A stretch of 62,228 nt of DNA, counting the filler, from Circinaria calcarea (Eukaryota), in the NCBI GenBank assembly GCA_051942165.1. It is 23 parts of 23 records of this genome, joined end to end, with 100 filler letters (N's around TTAATTAATTAA, not from the genome) between each part and the next. Parts side by side here need not be neighbours in the genome. Positions count along the whole stretch, not along the records: positions 48,814 to 51,417 come from JAVECS010003397.1; positions 51,518 to 54,120 come from JAVECS010003398.1; positions 54,221 to 56,823 come from JAVECS010003399.1; positions 56,924 to 59,526 come from JAVECS010003400.1; positions 59,627 to 62,228 come from JAVECS010003401.1; 18 more parts are not named here. The stretch is one strand, 5' to 3'. The position numbers were made by a program, and so were the translations under genes. Shown in pieces: positions 50,201 through 62,181 of the stretch (positions within the stretch are counted from its first letter, which is position 1; each line of letters begins with the position of its first letter). The notes below the pieces were generated by a model. It saw nothing but the letters and a program-made list of their open reading frames with translations. It did no database searches and was not told the DNA's origin.

Positions 50201-50981
50201 TCAACAAGGCTGCCCCCATCGTTCTACCAGGCATGATATGGAGTTAACTATGGCCATCAAGCTTGGTCCGGGAAAAAGGAAGTGACTGCACTTGAAGTGA
50301 TTTTATATACCTCTATATATACCTGTAACATACCAGCCCACACCTGTGCATATCTGTACATACATGTACGATTTTATACTCGAGAGACCTTCCTATCTAC
50401 AGATGCCCATCCAAACCAATCCCCCTTGTGCCAACTGGCCCTTGATCCAAGGCTCGCTTTAGAGAATACGTCGGCTCGGTCAATCAAAAGGGACGTGGGA
50501 GCATCATATCCCAATACTAGAGACTTGCATCATCGTCAGAGCAAAGTAGACCGAGCTATTGCTCCGGTATATGGAGTACAGAGTCAAAAACTCCTCATCC
50601 TCGAGATCGGCTCCGCCAAGTCAGGCTAACCTAGAACAAGTTAGACTGATTGCTAACGTCGACCGCTAAGTCACGTGGCGCAAGGCAGCAAGATCCAAAG
50701 CGCTCGCAAGGCAGAAAGACTGAAAAGGAAACGAATAGCGTCGAGTGTGATCCATGCCGTTGCAGAATACCAAGCCTTATTCTTTCTCTCCACTTCCATT
50801 GACATTCTATAACAGTGGCGGCTGCTCACTGTAAGTATGTCTTCCGTCTCTCGTCTCAATCTTTCCCAGTGATTTCCCAATTTATTCCATGTGCTCCCCT
50901 ATAATGTAGAATTCCATTGTCCTGCGTACAGAGTACCTCAATTCGTGTGAATCTAAGTGAATCAATTGCCATTGACCCGCC

Positions 50982-51417
50982 ATGTCGTTCGGCTACTCGG
51001 TCGGCGACTTCATCGCTGGCGCCAACCTGACATATCGTCTCATTCATGCCTTATCCGAGACTCAAGGTGCAAGTATGGAGTACCAAGAAGCGATCCGAGA
51101 ATTGGGCTCCATCCAGCAAACCTTTCTCCAAGTCAGCCAGATGAAGGCGAGCAGCGTCCTCAGTCAAGCCACTATCAATGCCGCCTCGCACATCGTCATC
51201 TCGTCGTTGGAAATTATCGGCAATTTTCTCGATAGGACCAAGGGCTATCAGAGGCGATTGTCGGATGGAAGTGGAAAGTCGGTGGTGGCGGATAGCTGGC
51301 GCAAGGTGGGGTGGGCATTGTTCAAGAAGGAAGAGCTGAAAAATCTGAGGGACTCGTTGCATATGAAGATGACGGCAGTTGGTGTATTGCTGTCTACGGC
51401 CCAGTTGTGAGTACATC
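50982..51417 (+). CDS. Fungal STAND/NLR N-terminal helical (SesA/HeLo-like) domain protein, 3' truncated
   Basis: MSFGYSVGDFIAGANLTYRLIHAL...EYQEAIRELGS...WRKVGWALFKKEELKNLRDSL; GTGAGT donor at about 51406. Confidence 0.8.
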
Positions 51418-51517
51418 NNNNNNNNNNNNNNNNNNNNNNNNNNNNNNNNNNNNNNNNNNNNTTAATTAATTAANNNNNNNNNNNNNNNNNNNNNNNNNNN
51501 NNNNNNNNNNNNNNNNN

Positions 51518-51940
51518 AATAGCACACGGTATAGCATAGCAATAGCATAGCATAGAATTACAGTGTAATATAAAGTATTTATTGTGCGTTAGGGTCAGGT
51601 GGGCCTAAGCGGCCCACCTAACCCTAACAGGCTGGGGGTATCCCGGGCTTAGGCTATATACAACGGGTATAAGTAATATAGTCATGAAATATAGCATGAA
51701 AACAGTATGGAAAGAGCACGCAGTATAGCATGGCAATAGCACGCAGCATAGCATAAAAAGAGCATATAGTATAGCATGGAAAGAGCATGCAGCATAGCAT
51801 AGCGAAAGCACGCAGCGTAGCATAGCGAAAGCACGCAGCGTAGCATAGTGCATAGCATGGAAACAGCATGCAGCATAGCACGGAAAGAGCACGCAGCATA
51901 GCATGAAAAGAGCATATAGCATAGCATATAACACGCTGCG
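51518..51940. repeat. GCATA-rich 23-bp minisatellite interrupted by a hairpin-containing segment
   Basis: Unit consensus about AGCATAGCATGGAAAGAGCACGC, about 10 copies at 51690-51935; further copies at 51518-51555. Confidence 0.88.
51588..51628. repeat. 18-bp inverted repeat (1 mismatch, 5-nt loop) containing TTAGGG/CCCTAA
   Basis: GTTAGGGTCAGGTGGGCC-TAAGC-GGCCCACCTAACCCTAAC. Confidence 0.85.
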
Positions 51941-53530
51941 TATAAGTTCTGAATATATGCGCGGAGAGTGTATAATCGAGCATTTTACGACCTTCCTATA
52001 AAGGTAAGAGCTAAGGCTCAAAATGGACAGAAAACTAGGCCGAAAAGCGTAAAAAACTAAACCCTTTACGGCCACTTTAAGTGTTCTGCTGAGACTCCGG
52101 TAGAATTTTGCTCGGATCGGACCGGGTCGTGCCCAGATTTATAACCCTTCAACTTCGTTCCTCGTTTCAGGGCAATCGCGTGGAGAAGATTGCGGGGAAA
52201 CAGCGTTAATTATCTCAGCGATTCCCGGAACATTTCTTCCATACATCTTGCATACAGTTGTTACTCACGGCAGATCATACATATACATATTATTACATAG
52301 TACTTCAGTAGCTTTTATCATACGCACATTCCGGTCATACCGTGTAGACCATTGAAGCCGTAGCGCCCTCCAATGCTCCTCCTTTCTATGTGTGCTAGAT
52401 AAGTCCTCCTAACCCATATTTCACAAGCCGGCCGTATCCTTGCACAAATAGGGTTTCTAGGACCAAGCATAGTCGGCCCGAGGGTTTCCTACAAGCACGG
52501 ACCTACAAGAAGGACTACCTGGGTAGTTTTGTCTGAAACGATCGAAGTCATCTTTGTATACCGCGTTCGAGATCCAGACTGCAGCAACGGATTCAATCAC
52601 ACAGTGGCTGCGGTATACATGTCATTATCAGCTTGATCTAGACCAAAGGAATTACACCCTCACCAATAGCATCAAAAACCGGTCAATGCAGAGAAAATAC
52701 ACCTCCAACATTTACTCCCGCATTTCCCCCAGAAACGTGCATATCTCCAAAGCCGATCTCGTTTCGAGCGACCAGTAAGTATCGCTGGATCATTTTATAT
52801 CGTGAGCCACATTCTACTTCTTCGCCCTGAATCTAGAGATCGTAGCATATTCATTGTTTCTCCTGCTTGGCATCATTTTACCGGAGTCAAGACCACCTTC
52901 TTTATCTATGCTTCTTTCATGATTGCAGAAACCCCTTACAGGTACCTTCGTCTAAGCTGCTGTTCGGTGGATTATAAGCAGTTGAGCAGCTTTGAAGCCT
53001 TTTTCAAATAACCAGAATCCATACAAACAACAGCTGCTTAGTCGAGCGTCGACGTAAGCTGTGATGACGAGAGCAACTCTATTGAATGACTTAGCTGATA
53101 CTGCTTACTTAATTTGTAAAAGGTATGATATCGATTGGCTCGGTTGCACTGCCACTAACAAGACGTGGGTGATCGTACAGAAAACAGTACTGGAAAACCA
53201 CCAGGCCACCAAAAAGCGCTGATGCGATTTGAACCCAATCCTAGTGAAATTCCCCGCCTGAATACTGTTTGCGCGCATACGCGCTTTCACGTACTGCACA
53301 GGACACCGCATATGCATTCCTGTCTTCCCCTCAATCCACCCATTGTAATCCAATTGATATTGGACAACTCTGCCGGCCATCCGGTGCGCGGAGTACAAAA
53401 CTATGTCTTGGTTTGTACAAAAACGGATATGTCCGTATTGTAGGTGATGGACTTCTCAATAAGCTTGACTTAACAGATCCTTAAAGCTCCTATATCATTC
53501 GTCATATTACGCTCACTTACATCTACGACC

Positions 53531-54120
53531 ATGCATCTCCCAAGTATTCTTACATTTGCACTTGCCGTTAGAACTGCTGCAGGCATTCCTACAGCGAAAC
53601 CCTACGTTCTTCACGAGGAACAGGAAACGGCCTCGAGTCATTGGGAGAAGCTCTCAAAAGCGTCTCCTAATGCTAAACTATCTGTGCGCGTAGGCCTTAC
53701 ACAACGTAACCTTCATCTGGGTCCCAAGTACCTTCAGGAAATCTCAGATCCAGTTTCACTCAAATATGGAAAGCATTGGACCGTCGAGCAGATCGTTGAA
53801 TTTTTCTCACCAGCAGATGAATCTATCAAATCCGTTCGTGCTTGGCTCAAGCAAGCTGGAATCAGCGAGGATAGACAATCGCTCACTCCTAAACGTGGTT
53901 GGATCTGGTTTGAATCATATGTCAGGGAAATGGAAGCATTGCTGAACACAGAATATCACCTGTTCCAGCACCGTGAGACCCGTGATCATGATATCGGCTG
54001 CGATGATTATAGCATCCCTATGGGACTTCGCCCTCACATCGATATTATCACCTCAACAGTCAGCTTTTCTCGAAGGGGTACCAAAGATATCCTCACACGG
54101 TCTAACAGAGACTCATCCTC
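53531..54120 (+). CDS. Secreted S53 peptidase (sedolisin/aorsin/tripeptidyl-peptidase), signal peptide and prodomain
   Basis: Signal peptide; YVLHE, VRVGLTQRNL, ISDPVSLKYGKHWT, SVRAWL, EALLNTEYH, YSIP..LRPHIDII. Confidence 0.9.
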
Positions 54121-54220
54121 NNNNNNNNNNNNNNNNNNNNNNNNNNNNNNNNNNNNNNNNNNNNTTAATTAATTAANNNNNNNNNNNNNNNNNNNNNNNN
54201 NNNNNNNNNNNNNNNNNNNN

Positions 54221-54353
54221 CTGTATCAATGGTTCCTCCATGTTTGGCTGTGTCTGTAGCTACCTTGATGAGCTTTTTGAGAGCCTTGTAATTGATGTAG
54301 GACGATGCCCACTCGGGCACCTGATTGCGAGGAAGATTTCGTCCGAACTTCAT
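54221..54353 (-). CDS. GDE1: SPX-domain N-terminus of glycerophosphocholine phosphodiesterase Gde1
   Basis: MKFGRNLPRNQVPEWASSYINYKALKKLIK. Confidence 0.85.
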
Positions 54354-55668
54354 CTTTCATCAACTCCAAGGTTCCGTGTTCCGTGTAAAGATTGATCAGA
54401 GGGAGGGATTGAGTTGCAATGGCTCTCATCTCAGAAGTCTAGAGCAGCGTCGAGCGGAGATCGAAATCGAAGTACTCGGGGTGCCATGCAGGCGACCTTC
54501 GAAAGGCCTATCGCCAAGGGCTTAGAAGTCTAGCACCATTTGCCGTAAAGCAGGAACCGGGAGTTTGGAGGGAAGGAGTTGGCGTGGCCGAACATCAAAC
54601 TTTCGTTGGCTGGATAGTATCTGGTAGCGAGCGTGGTCTGATTCCGAAGGTCCAAGTTACAGCTCTAGCCCCTCCTCAAGTTCACAGACCTTATACCGAC
54701 GACTGCAGATTCGGGAGAGTACGGGGGATCGGCCTATAGATAAGCGGTCAGTGAATCGAATGGCTGCAGCTATGGTGTGGACCAGAGGGTACTTGGGCCA
54801 TCCTATCAAGCCGGCATGTGGTCTATTGGCAAAATGCACCTCTGTAACCATGGGAAAGTGTGGTGGCCACCGTCCGATGGACAATCGACAGTTAGATGAG
54901 GAATGTTTGGAGGGCATCCTGCGGTGGGACAAAGCACTGGTTATGGCATTCCACCGCACCATCAATGTCTATCCAGCATTCATGATCCCGCGGCAGGAGC
55001 CCACAAGGATTTCCCTCGCGCCAAGAGACTAGGAATTGACGACATCGGTGCATGTAAGTGATGATTACTCGCATACCACACCGCTGCTGTAAAGTTGGGA
55101 TAACTTTGGAGCACCGCTGGATAAAAGGTGTCATGACTGTCTGAGTGGTTATGAAGAATGTTAAGCCAAAAGAGCGTACGCCACGGAAGACCGGAGCATT
55201 ATGATGGATTATATCCTAACACAGGATCAGGATTCTCTAGGTGACACGATGATAGGCACCAGAAAAGTGACCTCGTCACTAGTGGATACTTTCTGACCGG
55301 ATTTACGCTCAGCAATGCTCTGCTGCTAATTGTGCGCATGGCTGGGGCGGTAGGATGAGTTGGTCAAACTGGGCTGTAGGAGGTGTAGATGTATTTGTGA
55401 AACTTCCACGCGTTGACATTATCAAGGTATCTTGAATCAATCTAATCTAAAATGTCATGGTCTGCCCAGAAACCAGCTCTCGTCTTTATTCCCGGTGCCT
55501 GGCATCAGCCCACCTGCTACGACCTTGTCATCCTCCTCTCCAGGACCTCTTTTATCCCATTGAACCAGTGCGTAATTCCTAACACGAGCGGCGCAATCCC
55601 AGCTAGAGGTAGTTAGAGGTCTCGCCCAAGATGTTGCAAATAGTATACCCAATTCATGGACTGTCGGC

Positions 55669-56811
55669 CTAGAGGCAAGGCTTAGGTGCCGTATGCATTT
55701 CGTCAAGCCTTCGCTCGCTGCTAGTCACCGCCTTTTTCCATGTCTCGAATCTTGAAGACGAGAAACTTTCCATATCTTCCAGTCCTCGCCCAGCAATATG
55801 CTCTGCGAGCTTGATTCCGTCCATGATGGCTACGTTGGCGCCTTCACCTCCGAGTATGGGCATGGCGTGCACTGCATCTCCCACAAGTATGACACCTTGG
55901 CCGGCAAGTTTTTGAGCCTCCTCGCGATCTGGCATCAAACTGCGCATCAACCAATGTAGAAGACGATCATTCCGGACATTTTTGGCATTAAAGACATCCG
56001 CGAATGGTTCATCGATATCTTTGAGGGCCTCCAATTCCTCAAAAACCTCCTGTGGAATATCTGTTGCTCCTATTGTAGCACGATCCGGTTTGTGCAAGGG
56101 ATCATTACCGTCTCGCGCTGGTCTAGAGTATGTATAGCTGACAGTATGATTCGACACAGTATGCTCATCCAATGCTATACCCAGAAGGACATTGCCTTTC
56201 CGCATCTGGATCAAAACACTATCCTTCAAGTGGGGTGCCAACCTTTCTTGATACTCTGCACGTGAATAATGACGTTTGCCGTTGAATACAACATAGGGTA
56301 GTACCTTCAGCTTCATCGTCGTTGCCAGGATTTGTCGAGTCATGGAGTGAGCGCCATCGCAGCCAACAAGATAGTGACTATCAATGCGAGTACCATTTTG
56401 GAATGAGGCGGTGACACCCCGAGATTGAGGGAATGTCTCAAACTCTTTGAGCGTATGGTCCCATTGGATGTCTTGTCCTTCTCGAAGAAGGAGTTCCAGT
56501 TTACCCCGATGACATCGGATTGAAGAGTCCTCGTAAGAAGAGTGCGTAACTAGGTGAGTACTAGAGAGATGGCCTTCCCCGCCTTGTTGAGCGTCAACAG
56601 CTACCTTTTCATGGAAAGTGTTCTCGTCCAACTGAAGTATACGCAGTAAAGGCTGATAAGTCGATGGGTGTAGTGTTATACCATGATTATAACGGGGAGA
56701 GGACGAAGCGCGCTCGTAGATAACGGCTTGGATTCCTTTTTGTGCGAGGCTCCGTCCAAGAGTAAGACCTGCTAAACCGGCACCCACGATGGTAATCGGT
56801 GTGGAAGACAT
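55669..56811 (-). CDS. FAD-dependent monooxygenase, 380 aa, complete single exon
   Basis: IVGAGLAGL (GxGxxG), LVGCDGAHSMTR (DG motif), LVGDAVHAMPILGGEGANVAIMDG (GD motif). Confidence 0.92.
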   Translation of the reverse strand: MSSTPITIVGAGLAGLTLGRSLAQKGIQAVIYERASSSPRYNHGITLHPSTYQPLLRILQLDENTFHEKVAVDAQQGGEGHLSSTHLVTHSSYEDSSIRCHRGKLELLLREGQDIQWDHTLKEFETFPQSRGVTASFQNGTRIDSHYLVGCDGAHSMTRQILATTMKLKVLPYVVFNGKRHYSRAEYQERLAPHLKDSVLIQMRKGNVLLGIALDEHTVSNHTVSYTYSRPARDGNDPLHKPDRATIGATDIPQEVFEELEALKDIDEPFADVFNAKNVRNDRLLHWLMRSLMPDREEAQKLAGQGVILVGDAVHAMPILGGEGANVAIMDGIKLAEHIAGRGLEDMESFSSSRFETWKKAVTSSERRLDEMHTAPKPCL

Positions 56812-56923
56812 GACTCTGGTAAGNNNNNNNNNNNNNNNNNNNNNNNNNNNNNNNNNNNNNNNNNNNNTTAATTAATTAANNNNNNNNNNNNNNNNNNNNN
56901 NNNNNNNNNNNNNNNNNNNNNNN

Positions 56924-58475
56924 AGCGCTTTTTCGTCGGCCAGGATCTCAATGTCAAAAGCTGTAACCATCATCGCGCAGAGCAGCAGAAGCTGGCGCTT
57001 GGCGAGGTGCCTGCCCGGGCAGGCGCGAGACCCACCTATCAGGTTATCAGTGCTAACATACGCCGTTGATGGGCTACCAAGGTAATCTTACCGCCGTAGG
57101 GTATGAAAGAACCTTGGAGGCAGTCAAGGGAGAAGTGTGGTTCCTCAGTGTCTCTAGCTTCCTTGTTCAGGGCTACGGCTGTGAGATTGGGAGCATTCTT
57201 TCTAAGTGGTCCGCTGAGAGGGTCGTTGGGATAGACAAGAAACCGTTCGGCCCAGAATTTATCGAGCGGTCGGGCACCATCTTTGGTGTTCCAAACATTC
57301 TCATCCATATGCGCCGGGTAGGTGTTACACATCATGATTTCATTCTTTGGCAGTAACCATTCATCGATCTTGATATCATGGTCAGGTGCACAGCGGGTTA
57401 TGTAAACTGTGAGAAGACGTCTTACTGTCTCGGCGTATACAGAGAGCAGAAGTGACTTCTGCTCTAGTCTTTTCATGTCAACGTCCAGCTCAGGGGTGTG
57501 TTGGACTGTGTCTTGGAGGCTATCGCGAAGACGGGAGAGTAGGTTTGAATCCCGGAAAATCTCTAAAGTAGCCATCATGGAAAGAGGAATTAGACTCGTA
57601 AATGACCTAATATCGATGGTACATCAGCTCCGGCGCAAAATACCAAGCAGGGGCAAGAATCTCAACAACAGAGAGGAAAAGACACAAGGCGAGAAGAAAA
57701 CATACGCCCACATAAGCCCGAGGTCTGCAGAGGCGACAGAGTCATGATCTAAATTATCAACACCGAGAAGGAGCTTCTGTCTCGACCTGATCAACTCAGA
57801 GCCCCAATACGAATCGCCATCTCCATCAGGAAAGATCTTCGAAAGATCAAAATGTGATCGAGCCAGCGCGTGCCATCGTTTGACAGAAGAGAGCACCTTG
57901 TCTCGGATCCTGTAAGCAGCTGGAATCCAAAATCTAGGCAGTCTCCTGGCAAGATCTTGCACAGCTCTATCATAGACCCAAATATCATGAATGAAAGTTG
58001 GGTTGGCGGACAGTAAGGTCGGTCCATAGAGAGCTTCAAGAACTGGTGGAGTAATGTGGTCTTTGAAGAACTGCATTAGATCCGGCAATTGCAACCACTC
58101 GTCCCCGGCCTCGAGAGCGTTGAGCTCCTTGGTCAACAGAGCTTTGAACCGTGTTAAAGCCGGCAACAACCCGGGACCACTGAGACCTTTAAGTAAATTT
58201 TCATGGGTGAGGAACTCTATCCGGTTATGCGTCTCCACGTTACTATTGGGACTCGGCTTGCGGTAAGGCCCTGAGCTATCCGCGATATACATGTCGACGG
58301 ACTTGGCTGACATTCCAAACAGTTGTTTTAGAACAGTGGTGTGAATATAAACCGCGCTCATTAGTGAAGGCTGTTTCCAGATTGCATTTATATTTTTCGC
58401 CCCCTGAAAGAGGTATATCCTGTCCGTAAGGAGCGTGATGCTCACTGGAGTCTGTTCTCCGAGATATGTTCTGCG
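56924..58475 (-). CDS. Cytochrome P450 (CYP7-like fungal group), 3' truncated, 5' end unclear
   Basis: SVYAETVRR (ExxR), FWAERFL, PYG | intron 57036-57091 | GGSRACPGRHLAK heme motif; intron at about 57610-57705. Confidence 0.88.
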
Positions 58476-58863
58476 GTCTTGGGTCAGTAAGATAGAAGAG
58501 GCTTGTTTGTCCTCTTCCCCGTGCTTTACAGGCCATTTATACGTGATTTTTCGGAGAAACTTTATAGAATTATTGGAAACTGCGAAAATCTCGGTGTGAT
58601 TGAGGGCATACGAAGATATGGAATTCGTGAGTCACTTGGTGACAGCGAGGTATGGCTACAGGCAGTCTATACTATTCTAGGGAGGTCTACTGGCGATCTA
58701 TAAGGGGCTATCACAATTTCAGGGGGCATATGCATGTGGCGTCGCATTAAGCATGGGTATGGCAAGGGGTAATTAAGTAAAATACTATTTACATGGATAA
58801 AACAGTTTAGCCGAGTAAACACAGGGATTTACAAGGGGTAGTTTAGTAATTTGCCGAAATTAT

Positions 58864-59526
58864 TTAAACACCATTTGATGCCAAGGTCACCTTGCACGGA
58901 TAATAGTCTGCCGGATGCCCTCCGCCCCTCCGCATCATATATGCCCTCTGTCCGTTTACCTGCCAACCTTTCGGATTCCTTTTCAGTTGGTCAAATTCCT
59001 GGTAGGCGTCTTTGATGTTGAACTTTCTAATCGTCAATGCCAACATCACTTTGATCTCCGTCAGCGCAAGCTCTTGCCCGATACAGTTGCGCGGGCCCCG
59101 CTCGAAAGGGCGCCATGCGTTCTTAGGGGGGTATAGATCGTTGCCTTCGGGTACGAGCCAACGTTCAGGGAGAAATTCCTCCGGCCGTGGCCAGTGGCGC
59201 GGATTGTGATGCGTCCCGTAGTGATCCCCCCATATGATGCATCGGTATGTTGGGAAGCGTTGCCCGTTGTCGCCCGACAGAAAGAAGTCGGGCTGACCGT
59301 CACGCAGTGCGGCGACGGTAGGGTAAATGCGGAGACTTTCTTTGATAACCGCGAGGGTGTATGGGAGTTGATTGAGGAGTGGAGGCTTGGAAGAGAGCAG
59401 AGAAGCAGTTGCGGCAATATCGGACCCGAATACTTCATCGTGCTCGGCGCGGACCTTGGAGAGAACATCGGGATGCTGAGCAAGGAGGTGGTATGTAAAG
59501 ATAGCACCGGCAGAAGTAGTGTCGTG
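58864..59526 (-). CDS. Cytochrome P450 (StcS/AflN-like), C-terminal part
   Basis: Hand translation from contig edge: HDTTS...LNQLPYTLAVIKESLRIYP...EEFLPERWL...AWRPFERGPRNCIGQELALTEIK...GHPADYYPCKV; stop 58864. Confidence 0.92.
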   Translation of the reverse strand, partial: HDTTSAGAIFTYHLLAQHPDVLSKVRAEHDEVFGSDIAATASLLSSKPPLLNQLPYTLAVIKESLRIYPTVAALRDGQPDFFLSGDNGQRFPTYRCIIWGDHYGTHHNPRHWPRPEEFLPERWLVPEGNDLYPPKNAWRPFERGPRNCIGQELALTEIKVMLALTIRKFNIKDAYQEFDQLKRNPKGWQVNGQRAYMMRRGGGHPADYYPCKVTLASNGV

Positions 59527-59626
59527 NNNNNNNNNNNNNNNNNNNNNNNNNNNNNNNNNNNNNNNNNNNNTTAATTAATTAANNNNNNNNNNNNNNNNNN
59601 NNNNNNNNNNNNNNNNNNNNNNNNNN

Positions 59627-59714
59627 GTTTCTTACTGTCCATAGGTGAATGCGTCCTAGACGCCGGACGGGGTATATGCGGAGGAGTTCTGCGATGCGCA
59701 ACGGCCGCTGACAT
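59627..59714 (-). CDS. Possible N-terminus of an unidentified gene
   Basis: MSAAVAHRRTPPHIPRPASRTHSPMDSKK open to the contig edge, downstream of a pyrimidine-rich leader-like region. Confidence 0.3.
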
Positions 59715-61947
59715 ACCTCTGTCGCTTTCTCGATGACGAAATCGGGGGGGGGAAATCGGTCAAGGGATGAGTAACGCAGGACTGTTCCTGCCGGTGGGAC
59801 TACTATTAGAAGAGGTCGACCTGCCTGCACTTGGCAGAGTTCCCTTTTCTTCCCTTCTCCCCTTCTCCAGGCCCAACGATGGATAATCGGCCGAGAGTCG
59901 AGATAGGGATAGGGTTGAATAGGCGCGAAGGCGGGATGGTCGAAGCAGCAGTGGCTACGTACCGATGATGTAAAGGTGGAAAAGTCAGAGTGGTGCGCTG
60001 CTCTCGAGTCGGAGCGACTTGACTGATCGGCCCAAAAGGCCTTCAACGGACAAAGGACGCTTTGTGCGATTCTCAGACAATCGGTTTCTCGACTTTACAG
60101 CAATGATGCAGCATTGCCCGACTTTTTCGAGACAGTCGTGCGGCGATCATCGAAAGATGGTTATGACGGATGGGAGAGTATTTTCTACGGGGGGAAAATC
60201 ACGGGTTCTTGGGTTAATCGAGGAGAAATCCCGTCTAACGCAATATGGCGAACGGGGGGGGGAGCAACACTGATTAGCAATAGGAACACTCTTCTCGATC
60301 TCCCTCTTTAGCAATAGTACCAACAACCAACGCAACGTCGATCATCCAATCGCCGTCGAGATCTAGCCAGCATTAGTCGAGTAGCTCGTATCATCCAGTT
60401 CGTCTGCTGCCACTGCCATTGCCACTGCCATCCTTTTTCCATTTCCCGGCACTTCTGTGCTCGACTTTGACCCTAAGCGAATCGTGACGTAACACATACT
60501 CAGTACCACAGCATATTCCCTCGATGGTGGGAAAGTGGAGAAAGGTCACGTGTGGAGGTGGTAAAGCTAGCAAAAGGTGGGATTCGATGGTGGGGACAGG
60601 AGGAACAAGATTGAAGGAGAAGAAAAGAACGAAGAGCTGAGTGGAATGGGTCAAGGGCGAACCGGCGGTTTATCAAGGGAAAGAGTCTGTATAATGAAGT
60701 CATTATCTGACAGAAAACCCCCTTTCCTACCACGACTTTTCGCGCCTCCATCATCATACTGCATGTGTCAGTGTCGGGTGTCTGCGGTTCGGATCCACAA
60801 CCGGGCCGGGTTCGGGTTCACTCTTGGATCCTGCCAAGAACACGGTCGTCTTCGGATCTATGTTGGCCATCCTTCGAGAGTCTGTCTTTGCCATCTTTTC
60901 AAACTTCAAAGGCTCCCAGAGCTCGAATCGATTTACGGCTCTTCCTTTCTCTTCACCCTTTCAACAGTAAACTTCATCGGTATTGACTGGCCTGTACCTG
61001 CTACCGCAGCAAGATAGCCTGTCGATCTTGTACAAGCTCATTACGGAGTACCAGGGCGAATTTTCTTTGGAGATTACTTATCCTCCAGTTCTGTAGTACA
61101 TTTCCCATCCGTTGGGAATAAACCCTTTTCTGACGTTCAGCCTTCCAATAAATTTACGGCCCAATTGTTTTAGTGTGTCTTAGCAGCAGCTTCATGGCCA
61201 CATATGATCTTGCTTCTGATTCCTAATTAATATGCTGAGACTTCCCAGTATGAATAGCCAGCTGGCTAGTGATTCGGCTTCAAATTCCCGAATGTCTGTC
61301 TGAAGATAATATGTGACAAACGTAGGGGAAGGCGCATGTTTCAGATGCTCTGGTCGAGGAATATCTGTGATCAATCAGTAGGCGTGATCACAGTATGTTA
61401 TCTGCGGCCGACGGCAAGCCTCGGTTCCGACAGGTTGACACACCCAAGCTTTTAGAATAGTACGTGAGGATATATCTGTGTGGTATGTGGTGAGTTGAAG
61501 GAAGTCCACCTGGTCTCCTTGCAGTGTTGCATGAAATCAACCAAGGATATTCCAAGATAGTTGCCGCATAACAAACCATCTCTCAATGAGGCTTTCAAAG
61601 ATTTTCTTTCCAAGCCTCAGGATTGCTACTAGCTTAAGCCTAAGAGTGTCTAACATAGAACTCCAAGCTGGCTCTTATCTGATGTACGGAGGCTGCCGGC
61701 GTCGTCAAGTACCGGTTGGTATGTGAGGGCCATTCGAACGACCGATGGGCTGAGGACTGTTATCATAAGCCCTAATAGAGTGTACACAATCCTTCACTCT
61801 TGGATTGTGAATGGATAATGTGCATCAACAACCGGCAATAAGTATCTTTGCCAGCCTATTTCTCTATGTATACGTATTCCATACAACAAAGCATCAAATC
61901 TGCTACTCTTACGACCCATTCCTCTCGTCCACAACCTGCCCTTTCCC

Positions 61948-62181
61948 TCAACTCCCCCTATATGTCGTATAACCCCATGGCCCCAGCAAAACGGGAACAT
62001 GCCAGTGCCCCTTGCCCTCCCCAGCCTGGACGAAGAACCTAACCTCCACCTCCGGATAAAACGTCTTGCCCTCGCCCCAATAAGCCAACGTATCGAACTG
62101 CAAGCTCCACACCATCTTCCCGTCCTCATGTGCTCTGAGATTCGAAAAGATCTCTTGGAGAGAAGGGCCCGCTTGGCCACC
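61948..62181 (-). CDS. 5-hydroxyisourate hydrolase (transthyretin-like), C-terminal part
   Basis: Hand translation: ...WSLQFDTLAYW...TFYPEVEVRF...HWHVPVLLGPWGYTTYRGS*; terminal YRGS is the HIUase signature. Confidence 0.93.
   Translation of the reverse strand, partial: GGQAGPSLQEIFSNLRAHEDGKMVWSLQFDTLAYWGEGKTFYPEVEVRFFVQAGEGKGHWHVPVLLGPWGYTTYRGS

Noticed and set aside
51605..52075. Cys/Met/Tyr-rich repetitive ORFs
   Set aside because: Translations of the 23-bp minisatellite in three frames.
55669..59526. FAD monooxygenase plus two P450s as one gene cluster
   Set aside because: A spacer at 56824-56923 separates them; only the two P450s are physically linked.
2619..59626. Regularly spaced TTAATTAATTAA flanked by N runs as a CRISPR-like or biological repeat
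   Set aside because: Fixed 100-nt six-frame-stop spacer joining length-sorted contigs; an assembly or concatenation artefact.
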